A DNA stretch of 64,000 bases from the human T2T-CHM13v2.0 reference genome, Homo sapiens. The stretch lies in NCBI RefSeq assembly GCF_009914755.1, contig NC_060940.1; one strand, given 5' to 3'. The translations under genes were made by a program, and so were the position numbers. Below the pieces are notes generated by a model. That model ran no database searches and was not told the origin of the DNA. It saw nothing but the letters and a program-made list of their open reading frames with translations. Shown here one piece after another: positions 15,001-26,700 of this stretch. Each line of letters starts with the position of its first letter. Within the stretch, counting starts at the first letter, position 1.

Positions 15001-18000
15001 GCCTATGGTGAAAAGGAAATATGCTCAGATAAAAACGAGAAAGAAGCTTTCTGAGAAAGTGTTTTGTGATGTGTACATTCGTCTCACTGAGTTAAACCTT
15101 TCTTTTGATTTAGCAGTTTGGAAACACTGTTTTGTCCATTCTGTGAATGGACATTTTTGAGCTCATTGAAGCCTATGGTGAAAAAGCGAATGCCCCAGGA
15201 TAAAAACTGGAAGGAAGCTATCTGAGACTCCACTCTGTGATGTGTGCATTGATCCTGGAGAGTTAAATCTTTCTTTTCATTCAGCAGATTGGAAACGCTG
15301 TTTTTATAGAATCTGTGAAGGGATATTTGGGATCACAGTGAAGCCTATGGTGAAAAAGAAAATAGCTACAGATAAAAAATAGAAAGAAGCATTCTGAGAA
15401 ACTGCTTTGTGATGTGTGCATGGATCTCATATAGTTAAATCTTTCTTGTGATTCAGCAGTTTGGAAACCCTGTTTTTGCCCATTCTGTGAATGCACATTT
15501 GGGAACTCATTGAGACCAATGGTGCAAAAGGGAATATCCCAGTGTAAAAACTAGAAGGAAGCTATCTGAGAAACCACGTTGTGTTCTGTTCATTCATCTC
15601 ACAGAGTTAAATCTTTCATTTCTTTCAGCAGTGTTGAAACACTCTTTTTTAGAATCTGAGAAGGGATATTTGGGGGCACATTGAGGCCTATGGTGAAAAA
15701 AAATAAGCTCAGATAAAAACCAGAAAGAAGCTTTCTGAGAAAGTGCTTTGTGATGTGTACATTCATCTCACTGAGTTAAACCTTCCTTTTGATTTAGCAG
15801 TTTGGAAACACTGTTTTGTCCATTCTGTGAATGGACACTTCTGAGCTCATTGAGGCCTATGCTGAAAAAGGGAATACTGCAGGATAAAAACTAGAAGGAA
15901 GCTATCTGAGACTCTGCTTTGTGATGTGTGCATTGATATCACAGAGTGAAACATAACTTTTCATTCAGCAGTTTAGAAACACTTTTTTTGTAGAATCTCT
16001 GAAGTGGTATTCAGGAGCTCATTGAGGACAATGGCGGAAAAGTCAATATCTCAAGATATAAACTGGAGGATAGCTATCTTAGAAACCGGTTTGTGATGTG
16101 TGCATTCATCTCACAGAGTTAAAACTTTCTTTTCATTCATCAGTTTGCAAACACTGTTTTTGGATAACCTGGGAAGAGATATTTTGGAGCAAATTGAGGC
16201 CTATGCTGAAAAAGAAAATGTCTTCAGATAAAAACTAGAAAGAAGCTTTCTGAGAAACTTCTTTGTGATGTGTGCATTCATCTCACAGCGTTAAACCATT
16301 CTTTTGATGCAGCAGTTTGGAAACATTGTTCTTGCCCATTCTGTGAAAGGACATTATGGAGCTCATTGAGGCCAATGGTGAAAAAGCGAATATCACAGGA
16401 TAAAAACTAGAAGGAAGCTATCTGAGGAACCACTTTAAGAAGTGTGCATTCATCACCAGAATTAAACCCTTCTTTTTCTTCAGCAATTTGGAAACACTGT
16501 TTTTTTAGAATAGTAAAGGGATACTTGGGAGCGCATTGATGCCTATATTGACAAAGAAAATAACTTCAGATAAAAACTAGAAAGAATCTTTCTGAGAAAC
16601 TGCTTTGTGATGTGTGCATTCATCTCACAGAGTTAAACCTTACTCTTGACTCACCAATTTGGAAACCCTGTTTTAGTCCATTCTGTGAATGGACATTTTG
16701 GAACTCATTAAGTCCCATGGTGAAAAGGGGTATATCCCAGGATAAAAACTAGAAGGAAGCTATCTGAGAAACTTTTTGTGATGTTTGCCTTCATCCCACA
16801 GAGTTAAACCTTTCTTTTGATTCAGCAGTTTGGAATCACTGTTTTTGTCCATTCTGCAAATGGACATTTGGGAGCTCATTGAGGCCAAGGGTGAAAGAGC
16901 GAACATCCCAGGATAAAAACCAGAAGGAAGCAATCTGAGAAACCACTTCATGATGAGTGCATTCATTTCAGAGCATTAAACCTTTCTTTTGATTCAGCAG
17001 TTTGGAAAGACTGTGATTGTCTACTCTGAATGGACATTTGGGAGTTCATTGAGGCCAAAGGCAAAAAAGCGACTCTCCCAGGATAATAATGCAAAGGAAG
17101 TTATCTGAGATACTGCTTTGTGATATGTGCATTCACCTTGCAGAGTTAAACCTTTCTTTTCATTTAGGAGTTTGGAAAAACTGTTTTTGTCCATTCTGTG
17201 AGTGAATATTTGGGAGCTCATTGAGGCGAATGGTGAAAAAGCAAATAACCCAGGATAAAAACTAAAAGAAATTATCTGAAAAACCGCTTTGTGATGTGTG
17301 CATTCATCTCACAGAGTTAAACTTTTTTTCTATCCAGCAGTTTGGAAACACTCTTTTTGTAGAATCTGCGAAGGGATATTTGGGAGCCTAATGAGGCCTA
17401 TGGTGAAAAAGAAAATATCTTCAGATAAAAACGAGAAAGAAGTTTTCTGAGAAACTGCTTGGTGATGTTTGCATTCACTTCACAGAGATAAACATTTCTT
17501 TTTATTTAGCAGTTTGAAAACACTCTTTTTGTCCACTCTGTGAGTGGACATTTTGGAGCTATTTGAGGCCCAAGGCAAAAAAGTGAATATCCTATTATAA
17601 AAACTAGAAGAAGCTATCTGAGAAACCGTTTTGTGACTTGTGCTTTCATCTCACAGAGTAAAGCCATACTTTTCATTCAGCAGTTTAGAAACACTGTTTT
17701 TGAGGAAACTGCAAATGGATATTTGGGTGCACATTGAAGCCTATTGTGAAAAAGAAAATATCTTCACATAAAAAGTAGAAGGAAACTTTCTGAGATACTC
17801 CTTTGTGATGTGTGCATTTATCTCACTTAGTTAAAGCATTCCTTTGACTCGGCAGTGTGGAAACACTGCTTTTGTCCATTCTGTGAGTGGACATTTGGGA
17901 TCTCACTGACGCCAAAAGGAAAAACTTGAAAATCCCAAGATAAAAAGTAGAAGGAATCCATCTGTGAAACCGCTTTGTGGTGTGTGCATTCATCCCACAA

Positions 18001-21000
18001 AGTGAAACCTTTCTTGTCATTCAGTAGTTTAGAAACACTTTTTTTGTAGCATCTGCAAAGGGATATTTGGGAGCTCATTGAGGCCTATGGCAAAAAAGGA
18101 AATTAGAGAGAAGTTATCTGAGGAAACTCTTTGTGATGTGTGCATTCATCTTGCAGTGTCAAACAGTTCTTTTCACTTGGCAGTTTGGAAAAAGTGTTCT
18201 GTCCATTCTGTGAATGGACCTTTGGGAGCTCACTGAGTCCAATGTTGAAAAAGCAAATACCCAAGGATAAAAATTAGAAATAAGCTATCCAAGAAACCGC
18301 TTTGTGATATGTGCATTCATCTCACATTGTTAAACTTTTCTTTTCATTTAGCACTTTGGAAACGGTTTTTTTGTCCATTTTGTGAATGGACATTTGAGGG
18401 ATGATTGAGGTGAATGGCTAAAAAGCAAATATCCCAGCATAAAAACTAGAAAGAAGCTATCTGAGAAACCGCTTTGTGATGTGTGCATTCAATTGAGGAG
18501 TTAAATCTTTATTTTCATGCAGCAGTTGGAAAACATTTTTTGGTAGAATCTGCGAATTGACATTTCACAGCTGACTGAGGCCTATTATGGCAAAGAAAAT
18601 GTCTTCAGGTAATAACTAGAATGTATCTTTCTGAGAAAGTGCTTTGAGATGTATGCATTCATGTCACCGAGTTAAAATTGTCTTATGATTCAGCACCTTG
18701 GAACACTGTTTCAGTCCATTCTGCGAATGGATATTTGGGGGCACTGTGAGGCCAATGGTGATAAGGTGAATGTCTCAGGATTAAAACTGAGAGGAAGCTA
18801 TATGAGAAACCGCTTTCTGATGTGTATATTCATCTTGCAGAGTTAAAACTTTCTTTTCTTTTCGTTCAGCAGTTTGGAAACACTGTTGTTGCCCATTCTG
18901 TGATTGGACATTTGGGAGCTCATTGAGAGCAATGGAGAAAAAGGGAATATCCCAGGATAAAAACTAGAAGGAAGCTATCTTCCTTCTAGTAGTGTCTGCA
19001 GAGGGATATTTGGGAGCATATTGAGGCCTATGGTGAAAAAGTAAATATCTTCAGATAAAAACTAGAAAGAATCATTCTGAGAAACTTCTTTATGATGTGT
19101 GCATTCATCTCACTGAGTTAAACCTTTGTTTTGATTCAGCAGTTTGGAATCACTCTTTTTGTCCATTCTGTGAATGGACATTTGGGAGAAAATTGGGGCC
19201 AATGGGGAAAAAGAGAATGTCCAAGGATAAAAAATAAGAGGAATCTATCTGAGAAACTGCTTTGTGATGTGTGCATTCAACTCCCTGAGTTAAACCTTTT
19301 TTTCATTAGGCAGTTTGGAGCTACCATTTTTGTAGAATCTGTGAATGGATATTTGGGAGCACGTTGAGGACTATGGTGAAAAAGAAAATGTCCTCGGATA
19401 AAATATAGAAAAAAGTTTTCTGTGTGACTGCTTTGTGATGTGTGCATTCAGCTCACAGAGGTGAACCTTTCTTTTGATTCAGCATTTTGGAATCGTTGCT
19501 TTTATCCATTCTGCAAATGGATATTAGGGAGCTCATTGAAGCCAAAAGTGAGAAACAAAATGCCCCAATATAAAAACTAAGAGAAAGCTGTCTGAGAAAC
19601 TTCTTTGTGATGTGTACACTCATCTCGAAGAATTGAACTTTTCTTTTCATTCAACCTTTTGGAAACACTGTTTTTGTCCATTCTGCAAATGGACATTTGG
19701 GAGCTCTTTGGGTCCAATGGTGAAAAATCGAATGTCCCATGATAAAAACTATGAAGAACCTATCTGATAAACTGCTTTGTGATGTGTGTATTCATCTGGC
19801 TGAGGTAAACCTTTCTTTTTATTCAGCTGTTTGGAAACACTGTATTTGTAGCATCTGCGAAGGGATATTTAGGAGGGCATTGAGGCATGTGGTGAAAAAG
19901 AAAATATCTTCAGATAAAAATTATAAAAAAGCTTTCTGAGAAACTGCTTTGTGATGTGTGCTTTGTGATGTGTGCATTCATCTCACAGAGTTAAACCTTT
20001 CTCAGTAATATGGAAACTCTCTTTTTGTCCATTGTGTGAAAGCACATTTTGGAGTTCTCTGAGGCCAATGGCAAAGAAAGGGAATACCCCAGGATAAAAA
20101 CTAGAAGGAAGGTATCTGAGAAACTGCTTTTTGATGTGTTCATTCAGCTCGAGGAGTTAAATCTTTCTTTTCATTCAGCAGTTTAAAGACACTGTTTTTG
20201 TAGAACCTGTGAGTGGACATTTAGGAGCTCACTGAGGCCAATGGTGAAAAACAATATAAATTCAGATAAAAACTAGACAGAAATTTCTGAGAAACTACTT
20301 TGTGATGTGGGCATTCATCTCACAGAGATAAACCTTTCATTTGATTCAGCAGTGTGGAAAAAGTTTTTGTCCATTCTGTGAATGGACTTTTTGGAGTTCA
20401 TTCAATCCAATGGTGAAAAGTGAATACCCCAAGATAAAAACTAGAAGGAAGCTATCTGAGAAAGTACTTTCTGATGTGTGCATTCATATCACAGATTTAA
20501 AACTTTCATTTTGTTCAGCAGTTTGGAAACACTCTTTTTGCAGAACCTGCAAAAGGATATCTGGGGTTGCTTTGAGGCCTATGGTGATAAGGAAAATATC
20601 TTCAGATAAAAACTAGGAAGAATCTCTCTGAGAAACTGCTTTGTGATGAGCACATTCAGCTCACAGTGTTAACCATTTATTTTGATTCAGAAGTTTGGAA
20701 ACACTCTTTTATCTATTCAGTGAATGGACATTTGGGAGCTTATTGAGGTCAATGGTGAAAAGGCGAATGTCCCAGGATAAGAACTAAGAGGAAGCAATCT
20801 GAGAAACTGCTTTTTGATGTGTGTATTCATCTCGTAGAGGTAAACATCTCTTTTAATTCAGCTGTTTGGAAACACTGTTTTTGTAGTATCTTTGAAGTTA
20901 TATTTTGGAGCACAGTGGGGTCTGTGATGAAAAAGAAAATCTCTTCAGCTAAAAATTTGAAAGAAGAAATGTGAGAAACCGCTTCATTATATGTGAATTC

Positions 21001-23706
21001 ATCTCCCTGATTTAAACCTTTTTTTTTCATTCAGCAGTTTGGAAGCACTGTTTTTGAAGAATCTGCAAGGGGATATTTCAGAGTGCATTGAAGCCTATGG
21101 TGAAAAACAAAATACCCTCAGATAAAAACTGGAAAAAAACTTTCTGAGAAACTGTTTTGTGATATGTGAATTCATCACACATAGTTAAAATTTTCTTTTG
21201 ATTCAGTGGTTTGGAAAAACTTTTTTTTTCCATTCTGCGAGTGGACATTTCAGAGCTCATGGAGACCAATGGAGAAACAACGAATATACCAGGATAAAAA
21301 CTAGAAGGAAGCTATCTGAGAAACAGACTTGCAATGTATGCATTCATCTGGCAGAGTTAAAACTTTCTTTTCATTCAGCAGTTTGGAAATACCGTTTTTG
21401 TCCACTGTTTGAATGGATATTTGGGAGCTCATTGAGTCCAATGGTGAAAAATCGAATGTCCCATTATAGAAACTATGAAGAAGCTTTCTGATAAACTTCT
21501 TTGTGATGTCTGCATTCACTGCACCTAGGTAAACCTTTCTTTTTATTCAGCTGTTTGGAAACACTGTTTTTTTCATTCTGCGAATGGACATCTGGGACCA
21601 CATTTAGGCTGATGATGAGAAAGAAAATAACTTCAGAAAAAAAACTGGATAGAAGGTTTCTGAGAAACTGCTTTGTGATGTGTGCATTCATCTCACAGAG
21701 TTAAAACATTCCTTTCATTCAGAAGTTTGGAAAAACTGATTTTGTAGAATCTGCGAAGGGATACTTGGGAATGTAATGAGGCATATGTTGAAGAAATATA
21801 TTCAGATAAAAACTAAAAAGAAATTTTCCGAGAAACTGCTTTGTGATGTGTGCATTCTTCTCACAGAATTAAAACATTCTTTTGATTCAGCAGTTAGGAA
21901 ACACTGCTATTGTCTTTTCTGTGAATGGACATTTGGGAGCTCATTGAGGCTGGAGGTGAAAAAGTGAATATGCCAGGAAAAAAACTACAATAAGCTGTCT
22001 GGGAAGCTGCTTTACAAAGTGTCCATTCATCTCACAAAGTCCTTTAAGCCTTTCTTTTCATTCAGCAGTTTGGAAGCACTGTTTTTGTACAAACTACAAA
22101 GGGATATTTGCGAGTGCTTTGAGGCCTATGGTGAAAAGGAAAATACCTTTAGATAAAAAATAGAAAGATGGTTTCTGAGAAACTACCTTGTGAAGTATGC
22201 ATTCATCTGACAGAGTTAAACCTTACTCTTGATTCAGCTGTTTGGAAACACTGTTTTTCCAATCTGTGAATGGACATTTGGGAGCTCATTGTGGCCCATG
22301 GCAAAAACGCATATATCCCAAGACAAAAAGTAGAGGGAAGCTATGTGAGATAGCAATTTGTTATGTGTGCATTCATCTCACAGATTTAAACATTTCCTTT
22401 GAGGCAGCAGTTTGGAATCACTGTGTTTGTCCATGATCCGAATGAACATTTGGGAGCTCATTGAGGCCAATGGTGAAAAAGCAAATGTCCCAGGATAAAC
22501 ACGAAAAGGAAGCTATCTGAGACACCACTCTGTGATGTGTACATTCATCACGCAGAGTTAAAACTTCTTTTTCATTCAGCAGTTTGGAAACACTGTTTTG
22601 TAGAATCTGTGAAGGAATATTAGCTAGTGCCTTGAGGCCTATGCTGAAAAGGAAAATATCTTCAGATAAAAACTAGACAGAAGATTTTTGATAAACTACT
22701 TTGTGATGTGTGCATTCATCTCACAGTGTTAAACCTTTCTTTTCATGCAGCAGTTTGGAATCACTGTGTTTGTCCATACTCTGAATGGATATTTGGGAGC
22801 TCATTGAGGCCAATGGTGAAAAAGAAAATATGCCCAGATGAAAACTACAAGGAAGCTATCTGAGAAACCACTTTGTGATGTGTGCATTCATCTCACAGAG
22901 TTAAACTTTTTTTTCATTCAGCTGTTTGGAAACGCTGTTTTTGTAGAATCTGCAAAGGGATATTTGGGAGCACATTGAGGCCGATGGTGAAAAATAAAAT
23001 ATCTTCAGATAAAAACTAGAAAGAAGGTTTCTGAGAAACTGCTTTGTGAAGGGTGCCTTCATCTCACAAAGATAAACTTTTCTTTTGATTCCTTGGTTTG
23101 GAAACACTGTCCATTCTGTGAATGGACATTTGGAGCTTGTTGAGGCCAATGGTGAAAAAGGGAATATCCTAGGATAAAAACTAGAAGGAAGCACTCTGAC
23201 AAACCTCTTAATGATTTGTGTTTTCATTTCACAGAGATAAAGATTCTTTTTATACAGCAGTTTGGAAATTGTTTTTGTCCATTCTGCAAATGAACATTTG
23301 AGAGCTCACTGAGGCCAACGGGGAAAAATCAAAAATCCCAGATAAAAATGAGAAGGAATCTATCTGAGAAGCTGCTTTGTGATGTGCGCATTCATCCCAC
23401 ATATTGAAACCTTTCTTTTCTTTCTGCAGTTTGGAAACACTGTTTTTGTCCATTCTGTGAATGGACATTTGGGAGCTCATGGAGGCCAAAGGTGAAAAAG
23501 TGAATATCCCAGGATGAAAACTAGAAAGAAGCTATATGAGAAATGGCTTTGTGATATGTGCATTCATCCCACAGACTGAAACCTTTATTTTCATTCAGCA
23601 GTTTGGAATCACTGTTTTTGTAGTCTCTGCGAGGGGATAGGTGGGAGCACATTGAGACCTCTGGTGAAAAAGAAAGTATCATCAGATAAAAACTAAAAGG
23701 AAACTT
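1..23706 (+). repeat. Divergent (monomeric/ancient-layer) alpha satellite array, forward orientation
   Basis: Continuous ~171-bp periodicity of motifs such as CTGAGAAACTGCTTTGTGATGTGTGCATTCATCTCACAGAGTTAAAC and GATTCAGCAGTTTGGAAACAC. Neighbouring monomers are visibly divergent. pJalpha-type box CTATGGTGAAAAAGGAA is present (e.g. 544-560); no CENP-B box seen by eye. Confidence 0.98.
13880..15930 (+). repeat. Local triplication of a 4-monomer (~680 bp) alpha-satellite unit (incipient higher-order repeat)
   Basis: The private variant ATTGATCCTG recurs at 13891, 14576 and 15248. CAGATTGGAAA, GGGATCACAGTGA and AAACCACGTTGT also recur with the same ~672-685 bp spacing. Confidence 0.9.
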
Positions 23707-23713
23707 CTAGTTT

Positions 23714-26700
23714 GGCCCCAACGCGCTCCCAAGTACACCTTTGCAGATTCTACCAAAACAGTTTTTCCAAACTGCTGAATGAAAAGTTTAACTCTTTGAG
23801 GTGAATGTACACATCACAAGGCAGTTTATCAGATAGATTCCTTCTGTTTTTTATCATGGGAGATTCGCTTTTTCACTTTGGGGCTCAAAGAGATCTGAAA
23901 TGTCCATTCTCTGAATAGATAAAAACGGTGTTTCCAAACTGCTGAATCAAAAGAAAGGTTTAACTTTGTGAGATGAATGCTCACATCACAAAGCTGGTTC
24001 TCAGAAAACTTTCTTGTAGTTTTTATCCTGGGATATTCACTTTTTCGCCATTGGCTGCAAAGAGTTCCTAAATGTCCATTCTCCAAATAGATAAAAATGG
24101 TGTTTCCAAATTGCTGAATCAAAAGAAAGGTTTAACTCTGTGTGTTGAAAGCGCACATAACAAAGCAGCTTCTCAGAAAGCTTTTTTCTACTTTTTATCT
24201 GAAGATATTTTATTTTTCACCATATGCCTTAATATGCTCTAAAATATCCCCTTGCAGATTCCACAAAAACAGTGTTTCCATATTGCTGAAAGAAAATAAG
24301 GTTTAATTCTGTGTGATGTATGCACATAACCAAAGCAGTTTCTCATATAGGTTCCTTCCAGTTTTATCAGGGAACATTTGCTACTTAACCTTTGGCCTCC
24401 ATGAACTCCCAAATGTCCATTCACAGAATGGACAAAAACACTGTTTCCAACTGCTGAATGAAAAGAAAGGTTTAACTCTGTGAGATGAATGCCCACATCC
24501 ATCACAAAGCAGTTTCTCAGATATTCTTATTCTATATTTACCCTGGGATATTCACTTTCCCCATTGTTTTCAATGAGTTCCCAAATTTCCATTCATAGAA
24601 TGGACAAAAAGAGGGTTTCCAAATTGCTAAATCAAAACAAATGTTCAACTCTGTGAGATGAATGCACATATCAAAAAGCAGTTTCTCAGAAAGCTTCTGT
24701 CTTGTTCTTATCTTAAGATATTTCCTTTTCCACCATACGCCTCAATGCACTTCAAAATATACTCTCACACATTCTACAAAAACACTGTTTCCAAACTTCT
24801 GAGTGAAAAGAATGGATTAACTCTGTCAGATGAATGCACACATCTCAAAGCAGTTTCACAATGCTTCTTTTTAGTTTTCATCTGAGGTTATTTTCTTTTT
24901 CAAAATAGGCCTCAGCAGGATCCCAAATATCCCTTTGCAGATTCTACAAAAACAGTATTTCCTAACTTCTGAAAGAAATAAAGGTTTAAATCTGCGAGAT
25001 GAATGCACACATCAAAAAGTGGTTTCACCGTTAGCTTCCTTGTAGTTTTTATCCTGGGATATTCCCATTTTTGCCATTTGACTCAATGAGCTCCATCCAT
25101 TCACAGAATGGAAATAAACAGTGTTTCCAAACTATTGAATCAAAAGAAAATATTAACTTCATGAGATAAATGCACACATTACAAAGCAGTTTCTCAGAAA
25201 GCTTCTTTCTAGATTTTATCTGAAGATATTTTCATTTTCACCATAGACTTCAATGCACATCCAAATATTCCTTTGCAGTTTCTACAAAAACAGTGTTACC
25301 AAACAGCAGAATCAAAACAAAGGTTTAACTCTGTGAGGTGAATGCACACATCACAAAGCAGTTTCTCAGATAGCTTCCTTCTAGTGAATAGCCACGGATA
25401 TTCACTTTTTCGCTATTGGCCTCAATGAGTCCTAAAACGTCCATTCACAGAATGTAAAAAAAAAAAAACAGTGTTTCCAAAATGCTGAATCAAAAGAAAT
25501 GTTTAACACTGTGAGATAAATGCACACATAAAAATGCAGTTTCTCAGAAAGCTTCTTTCTAGTTTTTATCTGAAGGTGTTTCCTTTTTCACCACAGGCCT
25601 CAATGCACTGCAAAATATCCCTTTGCAGATTCTGCAAAACAGTGTTTCCAAACTCCTCAATAAGGTTTAATTCTGTGTGAGGTATGCACATAACCGAAGC
25701 AGTTTCTCATATAGGTTCCTTCCAGTTTTATCAGGGAACATTTGCTACTTAACTTTGGCCTCCATGAGCTCCCAAATGTCCATTCACAGAATGGACAAAA
25801 ACAGTGTTTCCAACTGCTGAATGAAAAGAAAGGTTTAACTCTGTGAGATGAATGCCCACATCCATCACAAAGCAGTTTCTCAGATAGCTTCCTCCTAATT
25901 GTCATCTGGGGTTATTCCTTTTTCACCACTGTCCTCAACGAGCTCCCAAATGTACATTAGCAGAATGGACAAAAACAGTGTTTCCGGACTGCTTAATCCA
26001 AAGAGAGGTTTAACTCTCTGTAATCAATGCACACATCACAGAGCAGTTTGTAGGATTGCTTCCTTCTAGTTTTTATTCTGGGATGTTTCCTTTTTCACCT
26101 TTGGCCTCAGTGAGACTACAAATGTTTATTTTCAGAATGGACAAAAAGTGTTTCCAAACTAGTGAATCAAAAGAAAGGTTTAACTCTGTAAGATGAATGA
26201 ACACATCATAAAGCATTTTCTTATAAAACTACTTTCTAATTCTTATCTGAAGATATTTTCTTTTTTACCATAGATCTCATTGTGCTCCTAAATGTCTCTT
26301 CACAGTTTCTACAAAAACAGTGTTTCCAAACTACTTAATGAAAGACAGTTTTATCTCTGGGATATGAATGCATGCAGCCCAAAGCTGTGTCTCACATGGC
26401 TTCCTTCTAGTTTTTATGCTGTTATATCCACTTTTTCATCATTGCCCTCAATGAGCTCCAAAATCTGCTTTTGCAGAATTGGCAAAAACAGTGTTTCAAT
26501 ACTATTAAATCAAAAGAAAGGTTTAATTCTGTGAGATGAATTCATACATCATTCATACGTCACAAAGTAGTTGCTCAGAAAGTTTCTTTCCAGTTTTTAT
26601 ATAAACATATTCTTTTCAATATAGGCATCAGTTTCCAAACTGCTGAATCAAAAGAAATGTTTAACTCTGTGAGATAAATGCACACATCAAAAAGCAGTTT

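Noticed and set aside
22000-25400. Large perfect palindrome (recent fold-back duplication) centred on the strand switch
   Set aside because: Monomers on either side of 23,710 do not share private variants in mirror order; only a 10-bp stem is symmetric.
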